DNA from: Candidatus Parcubacteria bacterium
Lineage (GTDB): Bacteria; Patescibacteriota; Saccharimonadia; UBA4664; JBIOIQ01
Length of the DNA: 64,000 bases
Reading direction: 5' to 3'
NCBI GenBank assembly: GCA_963718875.1
Contig: OY970378.1
Location: 605,373 to 669,372, forward strand
Position 1 is the stretch's first letter, and each line of letters starts with the position of its first letter. The translations under genes and the position numbers were made by a program. Below the pieces are notes generated by a model, which saw only the letters and a program-made list of their open reading frames with translations, was not told the DNA's origin and ran no database searches. This document shows, in pieces, positions 20,102 to 29,921 of the stretch.

Positions 20102-20551
20102 ATGTATAAGCCGAGCTCATTGTTTGAACGCACAGAGGATGAGCGTCAAGATCCTTTTTTATCTTGGCAACGTGATGACCAAGCATTTTTTGCTTCCGGG
20201 GCCTGTCATATTCTTGCGGAAGTGTTTCGTCAGCTGCACTATGGTGAAAACTACGAAATAGTCTTTATTAAACCTTTTGAGGGACTTCCAGGAACGCACA
20301 TATATGCAAGTAATGGCAAGTGGGCTTTTGACCATAATGGCTGGACACTCGAAGCAGAGCTAGCGAAAACCACTAAAGACGTATACCGAAAAAGTTACGC
20401 TAAATGGAGTTTTGAAAGAATCATAGTAAAAGACGACCTAGAGACTTTTTGCCGAAAGAATAATCACCGTCAGCCATGGCAGTTTGCATATTTGCCGTGG
20501 GAGCGAGCATACAACTACATTAAGCTTTTCCCGGGTTCGCCTCCATCATAA
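20102..20551 (+). CDS. Hypothetical protein (~150 aa from MYKPSS)
   Basis: ORF only. The upstream part of the 198-aa ORF-track model overlaps the tRNA-downstream hairpins and is rejected. Confidence 0.35.
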   Translation: MYKPSSLFERTEDERQDPFLSWQRDDQAFFASGACHILAEVFRQLHYGENYEIVFIKPFEGLPGTHIYASNGKWAFDHNGWTLEAELAKTTKDVYRKSYAKWSFERIIVKDDLETFCRKNNHRQPWQFAYLPWERAYNYIKLFPGSPPS

Positions 20552-20708
20552 TTTGGTTCTAGTAAACTAAAGACTACTAGTTTTTCTGGATAGTTGCTTG
20601 AGCCCAACCTACGAGCGACACCAAAACTCGTTTTACGAGTGCATCTTTTCAGCTATTCGACTAGATGTAATGGAAATTTAGAATTTAGACGAGAAGCAGA
20701 AGTTTATA

Positions 20709-21563
20709 CTAAATTGCGCTTATCGCTTGGCTTATAGCCTTAGACACGCTGGCGGTACTTGCTGATTTATCGCTTGATAGCCTTTTTGATATATCTTGAA
20801 TTACGTAGGCGGCAGTTGTTAACTGTTCAAAAGTTTGTTTGTGAGTCCAAAAAACGCTCATCATAGCGTAGTTCGCTAGTATAAGCTTGGGGTTTATACT
20901 TGGAGTAACGGATGTTTTGCCTTGACTAACAACAATTATCTCCTGTTCGCAACAAACAAGGCTTGCTTGCAACTCTTGGGCAACAGTTTGAACAATCTCG
21001 ACCCGGCCTAATAATCCTTGTTCTGGGCGCACGTTTAGAGCTATCGTAAGCTTACCAGCCAGCTTGAATAGTTCTGCCATCGACACGACCAAGCAGATAT
21101 CGGATTTTTCGGTAATGATTTTAAGGTCTAAAGTTACAATATCAATAGCGTCTAGGTAAAGACAAGATGGGCGCTTAGATTCGTTTAAGCACCTTTCTAC
21201 GACTACAGTGGTTTCGCTGTTATTACTTAGGTTGGCTCCAGTAGAAATAGCATCGTGCTCAAGCGCAATATTGGTTAGTTCGCCTAAAGCTCCTTTGCCA
21301 ATTGAGCCTGACGGACTGGACGGAATAAAATATGTATCGTCAATATTTTGCAGAAATGGTCTCAAGCTATCAGGTAGGGCTATCGTGCAATGACCGATCC
21401 CGCTTGCTAAAGCGTATTGGTAAACTGCCTGAATGGTGGCAAACTCGTCGCGGTGGCCACCGATCAACAGCAAGCGACCTGAAGAGTTCTTAGTGAGGGG
21501 GCGGTTCCATAGCACTTTTGGATAGAGTGGGGCATTTGACTGGATAAGGTACGGCTGGTCCAT
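20709..21563 (-). CDS. Degenerate YjeF-C/carbohydrate-kinase-like protein
   Basis: GRLLLIGGHRDEFATIQAVYQYALASGIGHCTIALP resembles the NAD(P)HX-dehydratase N-terminal block. No GxGDxLxG motif found. Confidence 0.3.
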   Translation of the reverse strand: MDQPYLIQSNAPLYPKVLWNRPLTKNSSGRLLLIGGHRDEFATIQAVYQYALASGIGHCTIALPDSLRPFLQNIDDTYFIPSSPSGSIGKGALGELTNIALEHDAISTGANLSNNSETTVVVERCLNESKRPSCLYLDAIDIVTLDLKIITEKSDICLVVSMAELFKLAGKLTIALNVRPEQGLLGRVEIVQTVAQELQASLVCCEQEIIVVSQGKTSVTPSINPKLILANYAMMSVFWTHKQTFEQLTTAAYVIQDISKRLSSDKSASTASVSKAISQAISAI

Positions 21564-21644
21564 TAGCCTATTGTACTGCTAGGGTAGCAATAAACAACAC
21601 AGTCTGTTAAGTAGAGATAGAAACCCTAGATGTCTTTATATATT

Positions 21645-21854
21645 CTAATACAAGTGTTCGTCTAGCTGTTCGTAGTAAATTGGCATGGCGTGACCGCTTT
21701 GGTGATGCTCTACTAGTGATTCTGCTGTTTCTTCTTCGATTCCCAAGTGCATGATGCGTTGGACTTTGCCCATTGCCGTGTCTTCCGAAAACAGAATGTC
21801 TTCGATCGCAGGCGCGTAGTCGAACGGCTTAGGAAACTGGTTCATTCCGTCCAT
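21645..21854 (-). CDS. Hypothetical small protein
   Basis: ORF. Start probably at MDGMNQF. Confidence 0.3.
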   Translation of the reverse strand: MDGMNQFPKPFDYAPAIEDILFSEDTAMGKVQRIMHLGIEEETAESLVEHHQSGHAMPIYYEQLDEHLY

Positions 21855-21983
21855 GATAATCCCTCCTCTAATTGGATTTAAGCATAGGCTTATCGCCGGC
21901 CAATTTGATACGGCGTAACGCCAATTTTTGGTCAATTTTAGATATTTATATTAAGCAGTTTGGCTGATATTTGGTATTAAAGC

Positions 21984-22616
21984 CTAGGATTCAAACTTGC
22001 GGTATCTTTGCTTAAAGTCATCACTTAACATATTCATTAGTTTGCGCATAGCCGGATCAAAGTCAAAGTACTCATCTCTATATTTGAGTGTAAAATCTAG
22101 ATGTTTCGACATCATATTCCCTTCCGTATATTGAAGAACCTGCAACTTCGCTTCCCATTTGTCCAGTGCTCTTACAAGTTGGGCCTCAGTTGTTTTTCCT
22201 TCCTCGAATTCTACCCATAATGCAAGCAATTCTTGACCTAGGCCAGAGGGTAGTGTTGAAAACAATTTTTTTGCCGCGAGATATTCTTGATCGTATTTCT
22301 GTTTGATGCGAGTTGCGCTGTAGGCGTGAGAGTCTTTTCCTGTACCGTCTTCCCCCAGGGGGCTCGGGTCGCCTGATATTATCTCGGGTAAATCATGGAT
22401 TAATGTCATTTTTAGAGCCCATTCTGTATCTACGGGTTTCTCTAGTTGGTCAACTAATAGAATTAGAACAATGGCCATGCGCCACGTGTGGTCGGCTGTT
22501 GATTCATACCTATCTTTTTGTGGGTAATCTTTCCAGAAAAATTGTCCGCGGAACCGTTCTATCATTTTAAATTTTTCTACCTGTTTAGCAAATTGATAGA
22601 TTTGATTTAGCTCCAT
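21984..22616 (-). CDS. HD-domain phosphohydrolase (YfbR-like 5'-deoxynucleotidase family)
   Basis: H...HD motif set: STADHTWRMAIV, IHDLPEIISGD. Start taken at MELNQIY. Confidence 0.7.
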   Translation of the reverse strand: MELNQIYQFAKQVEKFKMIERFRGQFFWKDYPQKDRYESTADHTWRMAIVLILLVDQLEKPVDTEWALKMTLIHDLPEIISGDPSPLGEDGTGKDSHAYSATRIKQKYDQEYLAAKKLFSTLPSGLGQELLALWVEFEEGKTTEAQLVRALDKWEAKLQVLQYTEGNMMSKHLDFTLKYRDEYFDFDPAMRKLMNMLSDDFKQRYRKFES

Positions 22617-22675
22617 GGGGTTAGTATAACAGGTGGGAGAAGTGTCGCCTTTGTAAGGCAGACTAAGGTACACTG

Positions 22676-23860
22676 GTGTTTATGACTTACACCCTCTCGA
22701 GCGATCAAGCCGATGCGTTAAAAAGTATTGGTACCTGGTATAAATCAAAAAGTGACCCATTCTTGACCCTGGGAGGTTATGCGGGGACTGGAAAAACTAC
22801 CTTGATAGCTTATTTGCGCCAAGCGTTACGCCAATTTGACGAGCATAGCAAAGTGGCGTTTTGCGCCTTTACCGGAAAAGCTACTCGAGTTTTGGATCAG
22901 CGATTACGCGATCAAAAAGTGCCACGTAAGGGTGATAGTGTGTCTACGATTCATTCATTGATTTATAATGCTGAGGTTGATAAAAGTGGTACTGTAACCG
23001 GTTGGCGAAAGCGTCATGAGTTGGAATTTGATCTTATTATCGTGGATGAAGCCAGTATGGTTGACGAAGGCATTTGGAACGATCTGCTTAGTTTTGAAAT
23101 TCCAATTTTGGCGGTCGGTGATCACGGACAGTTGCCGCCGATTAACTCTAGCTTTAATTTGATGGCAAATCCTCAATTGAGGCTAGAGAGGATTTTCCGT
23201 CAAGCCGAAACTAGTCCGATTATTGAAGTAGCTACACTGGCTCGGACAGCCGGCATTATTCCGGTTAAGAACTATGGGAATGGCGTGGTTAAACTGGCCA
23301 AGTCAGATGCGGATAGCGGTCAGATGGTGCAGGAATTGCTGGAAAACTACTCATCGGATTTGCTGATTTTGTGCGGATATAATAAAACCAGAGTTAGGCT
23401 TAACCAGACGGTGCGAGAATATCGGGATAGCTATTCTTTGGAGCCGGTAAGTGGTGATTATGTGGTGTGTTTGCGAAACGATCGCAAAAATAAGTTATAT
23501 AACGGTATGACGGGAACAATTTCTCATATTGGTTCGGCAGATAATGATCGAGAAAAACAGTGGTACGAGATGGCCATAGAATTTGAAAACGAGTTTGGTG
23601 GCTTTATGGGGAACGTTTGGCGGGCACAGTTTGGAGCAACTGAACCGGCTGGCCAGATTCCACTAGGGCCGGATCGAAAGCCAGGGAGTTTGTTTGATTT
23701 TGGTTATGCTCTAACAGTTCATAAGGCGCAAGGCTCGCAAGCTCAAAAAGTGCTTCTATTTGAAGAGCGCTTTGGCAAGATGAGCGAGGATGATTGGCGC
23801 AGGTGGCTTTATACGGCCGTGACGAGGGCGACGGATGAGCTAGTGATTGTCGGTAATTAA
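22676..23860 (+). CDS. RecD-like/PIF1-type ATP-dependent DNA helicase (AAA_30 + UvrD_C_2)
   Basis: Walker A GYAGTGKTT, Walker B IVDEASMV, LAVGDHGQLPPI, YALTVHKAQGSQ. Confidence 0.8.
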   Translation: MFMTYTLSSDQADALKSIGTWYKSKSDPFLTLGGYAGTGKTTLIAYLRQALRQFDEHSKVAFCAFTGKATRVLDQRLRDQKVPRKGDSVSTIHSLIYNAEVDKSGTVTGWRKRHELEFDLIIVDEASMVDEGIWNDLLSFEIPILAVGDHGQLPPINSSFNLMANPQLRLERIFRQAETSPIIEVATLARTAGIIPVKNYGNGVVKLAKSDADSGQMVQELLENYSSDLLILCGYNKTRVRLNQTVREYRDSYSLEPVSGDYVVCLRNDRKNKLYNGMTGTISHIGSADNDREKQWYEMAIEFENEFGGFMGNVWRAQFGATEPAGQIPLGPDRKPGSLFDFGYALTVHKAQGSQAQKVLLFEERFGKMSEDDWRRWLYTAVTRATDELVIVGN

Positions 23861-23913
23861 AAACCTTGAGACCAGGAGACTTGCGTCCCCTGGCCCCCCA
23901 TTCTTTCACGAAG

Positions 23914-24348
23914 CTAGATCCAGTGTCCGGGTGGTGTTGTTTGAATTTCGTCTGGAAAGAAGACGAAACTTGTCCCGTGAGGAAGGACAACATGAGTTCT
24001 TCCACCTGGCTGAGTAACTACCAAGCCTGGGGTAACTGTGACCGCGTCTGGTACGGTGTGGCGTCCGCGGATAGCATAGACGACTTCCTGCTGGATAGTG
24101 GTGTCCGGAGCTGGCGGAGTTGTGGTTATCTGAAGGTCTAGTTGAGCGGCTCGATGAATGATACAGCCAGACCAGTGTCGTTGATCCCCGGGATGACTCT
24201 GGTTGCGGCCACAACGATCGCAGAATGGCTTGCGCTCGTCATCGGCGGTGATGATCTTGGCAGAGCTGACTACATCTTTCAACAATGACTGGACTTGCTC
24301 AAGCCAAGCCGTGTCAACAAGTTGGGTAGTTCTGGTTTGCGTGGACAT
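23914..24348 (-). CDS. Hypothetical protein on a high-GC island (144 aa)
   Basis: GGAAG-type RBS 6 nt before the ATG. GC visibly higher than the flanks. CDRCGRNQSHPGDQRHWSGCIIH is a Cys/His cluster. Coding strand is uncertain, because a 91-aa plus-strand ORF overlaps. Confidence 0.35.
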   Translation of the reverse strand: MSTQTRTTQLVDTAWLEQVQSLLKDVVSSAKIITADDERKPFCDRCGRNQSHPGDQRHWSGCIIHRAAQLDLQITTTPPAPDTTIQQEVVYAIRGRHTVPDAVTVTPGLVVTQPGGRTHVVLPHGTSFVFFPDEIQTTPPGHWI

Positions 24349-24488
24349 AGCGACTTCCTCTCTAGGATCGTAGGAGTATCGAAGCTGGCCATATTTTACC
24401 CCAACTAAACTTTAGAATAAACCATTACCCTATTGGCTCATAGGCAGTTTACTTATATACTCGCATACAGATACAAGAAGGGAAAAAC

Positions 24489-24869
24489 GTGGACGAAAAA
24501 ACAATTGATGCAATATACCGGCTGATGGGTGAGGTTAGCGAAGCCAAGGAACAGGTAAAGACAACCAAGGACATGCTTAATGATGTGTTGGAGCAAAATG
24601 AAGAATACAAACAATTGCAGGAGGAGCTAAAAGAGCTAACTACCAAGCGGGGCGAGGCCAAAAAGCTGTTGCAAGCTGATAAAGATTATCAAAAAGTTAA
24701 TAGCGAGCTTGATGAGCTTAAATTTAAGTTAAAAGATTTGTATGAGATTCTTAGCCATCACCTAGTTACTTATTACAACGAAACACAGGCAACCGAAATA
24801 ACTGCTCCAAACGGCGAAGTCCATCAACTGGTTTTGAGCGCTAAAATAGGTCGGGCTGGCGACGCTTAA
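24489..24869 (+). CDS. Hypothetical coiled-coil protein (126 aa)
   Basis: K/E-rich heptad-like sequence. Confidence 0.4.
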   Translation: MDEKTIDAIYRLMGEVSEAKEQVKTTKDMLNDVLEQNEEYKQLQEELKELTTKRGEAKKLLQADKDYQKVNSELDELKFKLKDLYEILSHHLVTYYNETQATEITAPNGEVHQLVLSAKIGRAGDA

Positions 24870-25455
24870 GGCTGAGGTTGAGTTTGCTTAATCTGGCTGG
24901 ATTCATCGATGCTGCATCCACCCCAAAGCCCAAGATTTTTCTCGCGAGCTTGCCTCTCGTACTGGCGAAACTCGTCAAGTTTGGCGTAAGGAAATACTGT
25001 ATAAGCAAATCCATAACCGTCCTGGATAAGCTTGGCATTGAGAAGCGTGCCATCTGGCAAATAAACATAACGTAATAAACGCCTATATTTGTCGCGGTTG
25101 GCGTCTTCGGGGTCTGCCAATAAGCGAACTTGTTTTGATTCGGCTAAACTTTTAGTGTATTGGGCGCGACTTTCCCAAAACATTGTACCTCTTTGCGCGG
25201 ATCATGGGTCTCGGGCGTGTCCACGCCTATTAGACGAATGGTTTCGACTTTGCCGTCTATTCGAACGCTCAGCGTATCGCCATCTACTGCTCGGATGACT
25301 GTAGTAGTGCCAGGCATCGAAATGGTTTGTAGTTGGTCCAGAGCGTCCGGGTTTAAAACTAGGTATACCAGAGCTGCTAAAATGCTCAGGGCGGTGCTAA
25401 TTAATGCTCGGCGCTTTCGAGGACGTAGGCGCAAAGGTTTGTTTACTTCATCCAT
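24866..25455 (-). pseudogene. Thermonuclease (SNase-like), split by a -1 frameshift
   Basis: N-terminal part carries a TM region, VDGDTLSV and RLIGVDTPE. C-terminal part carries RLLRYVYLPDGTLLNAKLIQDGYGFAY...GLW. Frames join if one C is added to the CCC run (plus-strand GGG at 25162-25164): ...GKVAPQYTKSLAESKQV... Confidence 0.6.
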
Positions 25456-25535
25456 TTAATATTTATTATAACGGTTTTTGTTCGGTTTTGATACATAAAG
25501 GCTAATTGGTCCAGTTTGCTACACACGTGAGCAGC

Positions 25536-26354
25536 CTAGCTAAGGCTTTTTACTAAGGCCAGTGCTCCCAATAAACCGCTTTTGTTGCCGAGCTCGGCTG
25601 ACCGAAATTCAGGTGGTTCTGGGAAGGGTTTCAAGAGTTGGCCTACTCGATTACGAAGGTCACTGAGGGGTATGTCGCGCATCATACTTCCACCAAAAAC
25701 AATCACCTCTGGGGACCAGAATAGGATGGCATTATGGACCCCGATTGCTACTGATTGGATAACTTGGGGCCACAGATCATCGTCCTTGGCGATCTCGACC
25801 GGCTGTTTACCGTAACGCTTTTGTAGTGAATTGCCGCCGGCTGCGTCTTCAAAACTGAGTGGGTTGCCTGTTGGATCGGTGCCGATTATGTGATAACCAA
25901 TTTCAAACCCCAACGCATTTCGGTCGATAGCCTGATCTACGATTCGAATACCATTAACCCCTGTGCTTATGGTGATGTACCCAACGATGCTTTTTTGCCT
26001 TCCTCCGCCAAATAGAGCCTCCCCCATTCCTATTGCTTCCATATCATTAGCTAATATTAGAGGAACTCCAAAGTGGTCGGAAAGTAGTTGCTTGATGGGT
26101 TTGTTTGCCCAATCTGGATGGTTTAAGGATTGGGTGATACTGTCTCGTTCTCGACTAAGAACACCAAAAATGCTTCCTGAAAGTGCTGTTATAGACTGTC
26201 CATTTGCGAGATTCTCGACGGCTTTTATAAATTCGGCAATGCCTTTCTCAAAATCAGGGTCGGTATCGAATATAACAGGTTCGCTGATGGTTTTGCCGTC
26301 TGTAGAGGCGGCGACCCTTGTGTGAGTGGCGCCCATGTCGAAAACAATGATCAT
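25536..26354 (-). CDS. ROK-family sugar kinase-like protein (no Cys zinc motif)
   Basis: IIVFDMGATHTRVA N-terminal ATPase motif. GMGEALFGG. ROK fold pattern. Confidence 0.55.
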   Translation of the reverse strand: MIIVFDMGATHTRVAASTDGKTISEPVIFDTDPDFEKGIAEFIKAVENLANGQSITALSGSIFGVLSRERDSITQSLNHPDWANKPIKQLLSDHFGVPLILANDMEAIGMGEALFGGGRQKSIVGYITISTGVNGIRIVDQAIDRNALGFEIGYHIIGTDPTGNPLSFEDAAGGNSLQKRYGKQPVEIAKDDDLWPQVIQSVAIGVHNAILFWSPEVIVFGGSMMRDIPLSDLRNRVGQLLKPFPEPPEFRSAELGNKSGLLGALALVKSLS

Positions 26355-26439
26355 GGAGCTAGTATAACATTTGACGGAAAAATGTGGCTTTCGGTGCCAA
26401 ACTCTCGGTTAGTTAAGCTCAATGAACCGAGAGTTAAGG

Positions 26440-28209
26440 TCAGCGCTTGGGGCCGGTTCCGTTGTTGCTACAAGTTGGGTTAGTTTTGCCGGTGAGTTGC
26501 TGATCAATGCTCTGATAATAGAGTGGTCTACCTCGTCCGTTAGGGTAGGCATAATAGCATTCGGTTAAGTAGGTCATGTTGGTTGAAAACAGGGTGTTTA
26601 GGACCAACCTAAAAGCGTTTACAGTGGTTCCGCCGGCTACCAGATTGGTCTGGGAGGCTCCCGGTACGTAGTAGGCGGCCAAGTTTCCATACTTAATGGC
26701 TAAATCAGTTTTAGACCACTTAAGCATGTTGCCGCTGGCAAGCTCCCCTTGAATAGCATCGTGGTTAAAATTTTCGTCATTTAGATCAAATGGATATGGT
26801 CCCTCGTCTGACTGCAGAACAATAACGGCTTTTCCTCCCGTCTTTGTCATTATGCTACTGATGATTTGCTGCATTTGGCCATTAATAAACTTTACTTGGT
26901 TCAGGTACTTTTGCTTTATTGGGGCACCGTAATTATCGCTGCTGTTATTGGTATTGAGAGAACCATCGGCATTAAAAAAGTAGGGGTCGTGAGGCACTAA
27001 AAAATGTGCAAAAACAAACTTCTCACCTGCAGGGCCGTTGGCGATAGCCTTTAAGGCCTTTAACTGGCCTAGTGTCATTTGGTCGTCGCCTGCGTTTTGA
27101 TAATCAAGCGCCTTGTACTTTCCAAAGCTTAGTCCTGTTTGCAAGAAACGCCAAAAGGCACTTTCGCGTAATTGATTCTTAGCAAAATTGTCGATTATAT
27201 AGGTTTGGTTCAGTACCGTTAACAGCCCTTCGACTTGATATGTTTCGTCCGCGAGCGGAGAAATATTTGATGTTTCGTACCAGTTTCCAATTAATGAGTA
27301 TTTGTAGCCGATCGACTTTAAATACTGCGCTATGGGGGCATTACGGATGGTTTGGTTGTAAGGGATGGTGGTTTGGACGCTTGAGTTCCCGAATTTTTGA
27401 ATCATATTGTGGTTGTAGTCTGCGTTCATGGTGGAGGCAACAGATTGGGCTGTGTAGGGATAGTTTTGATGTGAATCAGCATTAATGTAAAACTGTTTAT
27501 CTGCTAAAAATTTCATAAAGTCGGCGTTGTCGTAATTGAATTGTTCTTTAAGAATATCTGGGGAAGCGTAGCGGTCCATAACAATGTAATAAATGTCCGG
27601 TTTGGCTGCGGTTTTAGCTGTAGAGCTAGCTGCTTTTAATTTTGGGGGTTGGTAAAAAAACTGTGGCCAAGCGATTGCTAGATTTTTTACAGTCGGAATC
27701 AATTGCAATACAAAAGTTACGCTGATGGCAATCGTAATAGCTTTAATAATTGTTTTTGTATCCCACTTACGTTTTAGTGTGATGTTATTCGTAAGTCGGC
27801 CCAGCCAGTAGGCGGCGTAGCAAATAATGGCTATTAGGATGAGGCTATAGATGGGGCTGGTGGATTTTGGCAAGGGTACAACCGCTTGTAGAATTGGTTC
27901 AATGGCTACGAGTCGGGCATCGTAGTTAATAGTTAGTAGTAAGGTTGCGAAGGTAGCTCCAATGTAAGCTCTCAAACGATTGTGGCGCCAGGTGTGGTAA
28001 AAAATAGTGCTAATTATGGCGGCTAGAACCACATTCAGTACCATTGGGAGCCAGATTTCTTGGATAGAAAGTTGGTATGAGTTCAAAAGATAGGCGGCTA
28101 AAATTGGGATGAGTGCGAGCATTGTCACGGGTCCAAATAGTTTGAGCCAGGTGAATAGGTGTGTAGTTAAGCGACGATTTAAGTTAGTTTTGGGCTCGCG
28201 TGCCTTCAT
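26440..28209 (-). CDS. Membrane-anchored sulfatase/alkaline-phosphatase-superfamily protein (LtaS-like)
   Basis: About 5 N-terminal TM helices, then PDIYYIVMDRYASPD...FVFAHFLVPHDPYFF. Confidence 0.5.
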   Translation of the reverse strand: MKAREPKTNLNRRLTTHLFTWLKLFGPVTMLALIPILAAYLLNSYQLSIQEIWLPMVLNVVLAAIISTIFYHTWRHNRLRAYIGATFATLLLTINYDARLVAIEPILQAVVPLPKSTSPIYSLILIAIICYAAYWLGRLTNNITLKRKWDTKTIIKAITIAISVTFVLQLIPTVKNLAIAWPQFFYQPPKLKAASSTAKTAAKPDIYYIVMDRYASPDILKEQFNYDNADFMKFLADKQFYINADSHQNYPYTAQSVASTMNADYNHNMIQKFGNSSVQTTIPYNQTIRNAPIAQYLKSIGYKYSLIGNWYETSNISPLADETYQVEGLLTVLNQTYIIDNFAKNQLRESAFWRFLQTGLSFGKYKALDYQNAGDDQMTLGQLKALKAIANGPAGEKFVFAHFLVPHDPYFFNADGSLNTNNSSDNYGAPIKQKYLNQVKFINGQMQQIISSIMTKTGGKAVIVLQSDEGPYPFDLNDENFNHDAIQGELASGNMLKWSKTDLAIKYGNLAAYYVPGASQTNLVAGGTTVNAFRLVLNTLFSTNMTYLTECYYAYPNGRGRPLYYQSIDQQLTGKTNPTCSNNGTGPKR

Positions 28210-28234
28210 GATTTAAAAGTATAACACGCCCAAA

Positions 28235-28936
28235 CTAAGCGGCAGCTGAAAATCCATTATTGCGAGCATCAGGGTCCCTATAATGCTCATCAAGTGTTAC
28301 GGGAGTTCTCCTCATTTTCTGCAAAACTTTGCTTTTCATAAAATTATTTATAACTCTAGTGTTTGGGAATGAAGCTAAGTAAGTATCGGCGTCAAATCCT
28401 TTAGGCGAAGTCCGATACGGTTTATATTGGCCATTGACGAGTGCGTGCTCTGAAGCTACATCATCGTGTTTGGCGCCATAAATCAATCCGGAAACCTCAG
28501 TATTTATTATGGCTCCGCTGCACATAATGCAAGGTTCTAGCGTAGTGAGTAAAAAATGATCTTTTAGATGTTTGGTACCGGATATTTTTTGGGCTTCCTT
28601 TAAGGCTTCGATTTCAGCATGTGCAATGGAATCACCCTTCTCGTTTACGCGGTTTGTACTTGTTGACACTAACTCTAGATTACCATTTGAGCCTATCCGA
28701 ACAACTGCAGCCACAACTGGAAACTCGCCTGATGCAACGTAGATACTGTTGGGGTCTGGCAATAGACTAATAAGTCTTTCAAATGCTTGATGGAGACCAG
28801 GAAGTTCAGTTTCTAGCTCTGCACTTGCATGTCTCTCCGCTTCATAATCCATTCCCTCTAGATAGTCTCGTACCCATCCAGGAGCTTCGCTCCGATCAGG
28901 AACATCTGTGTTGCCATGTGTTTCAGCTGAATCCAT
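28235..28936 (-). CDS. CMP/dCMP-type zinc deaminase (TadA/nucleoside deaminase family) with N-terminal extension
   Basis: HAEIEALKEA...PCIMCSGAI zinc-binding HAE/PCxxC motifs. Confidence 0.65.
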   Translation of the reverse strand: MDSAETHGNTDVPDRSEAPGWVRDYLEGMDYEAERHASAELETELPGLHQAFERLISLLPDPNSIYVASGEFPVVAAVVRIGSNGNLELVSTSTNRVNEKGDSIAHAEIEALKEAQKISGTKHLKDHFLLTTLEPCIMCSGAIINTEVSGLIYGAKHDDVASEHALVNGQYKPYRTSPKGFDADTYLASFPNTRVINNFMKSKVLQKMRRTPVTLDEHYRDPDARNNGFSAAA

Positions 28937-28957
28937 AAGCCAATCTTACCATGTAGT

Positions 28958-29521
28958 TTATGCTTGTTCGTCGTAGACAAAATCAGCCACTAGCTCGGGA
29001 TGGTACTTTTCTTGATAGGCTAAGTCGTTTTTTGCCCATAAATCCCAATGTTGTTCGTTTTCGTTCCCAGTATCTCTAAGTTTGCCACGCTGTTTAGCTA
29101 CTTCTATCGGTGCATCAACCCATATTTTAAAGTCGTAGTAGTCCGCAATCCCAGGATGCGATGACGAGATGCCCTCAATAATTAGGTAGCCCACTGCTGG
29201 CACCTGAATTGGCTCAGTCAACTTGTTTTCTACCCATTCTAAGCGTCTATAAGCTACTGGCCGACCGCTCCGAGCGGGTATAAGCACTTCTTGTTCAAGC
29301 CTTACTCGATCAAAGCCTACTGCATCTGGTGATCGTTATAACAGACGTCCTTTAACAATAAAGTCGTCGATACTAATCATGTAGGCGTCTTGAAGAGCTT
29401 CTTTTAGTTTTGAAGCAAAAGTTGTCTTACCCGAGCCACCAAAGCCTTCAATAGCGATAAGTATAGGTTTATTTTCTTTGGGGCTTTGTTTTATTGCTTG
29501 TGCAATTTTTTGTATTGTCAT
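28958..29521 (-). pseudogene. Uridine-kinase/PRK-family P-loop kinase interrupted by an in-frame TAA
   Basis: N-terminal ORF IAIEGFGGSGKTT...ISIDDFIVKGRLL* and C-terminal ORF ...GYLIIEGI are in the SAME frame, separated by a single TAA at 29336-29338 (minus strand). Confidence 0.55.
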
Positions 29522-29751
29522 AACATCAACTCAATAAAATCTGCATTGCTCAAAAATAAATTTAGTCATGGAATAATCATACCAGCACATCTCGCAGAGG
29601 TGCAGATTGAAATAGTAAGCATTTATGCGTAAAATGATCAGGTTACACACAAAAACCTTTAACCATTAACTCTTAACCTTTGACGATCAAGGTCTGAGGC
29701 TTTTCTTAGTAAGTGTTAAATGTTAATTGTAAAACGTAACTTGTTGCACAG

Positions 29752-29825
29752 TCCCGGGTCGTCTAAGGGTAGGACAACGGCTTTTGGCGCCGTCAATCTT
29801 GGTTCGAATCCAAGCCTGGGAGCCA
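29752..29825 (+). tRNA. tRNA-Gln (anticodon TTG), CCA encoded
   Basis: U1-A72 acceptor TCCCGGG/CCTGGGA. Anticodon stem-loop ACGGC-TTTTGGC-GCCGT. T-loop TTCGAAT. Confidence 0.8.
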
Positions 29826-29921
29826 GTTGAAATTTTTGGATTTTAAATTAACTTTTTTGACACTTTTTTCTGAATAGTTCGAAGTGTTCAGATACATCAC
29901 ATGGCAATATTTATAATGCGG

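Noticed and set aside
23865-24360. RNase P RNA (or another structured GC-rich RNA) as the explanation for high-GC island 1
   Set aside because: It contains gtccggg and a weak acagaa-like stretch. The universal P4/P10-12 motifs (GGAAAGTCCGGGCTCC, AGGGCAG, GGTGAAANGGTGCGGTAAGAGCGCACC, ACAGAANCCGGCTTA) are absent.
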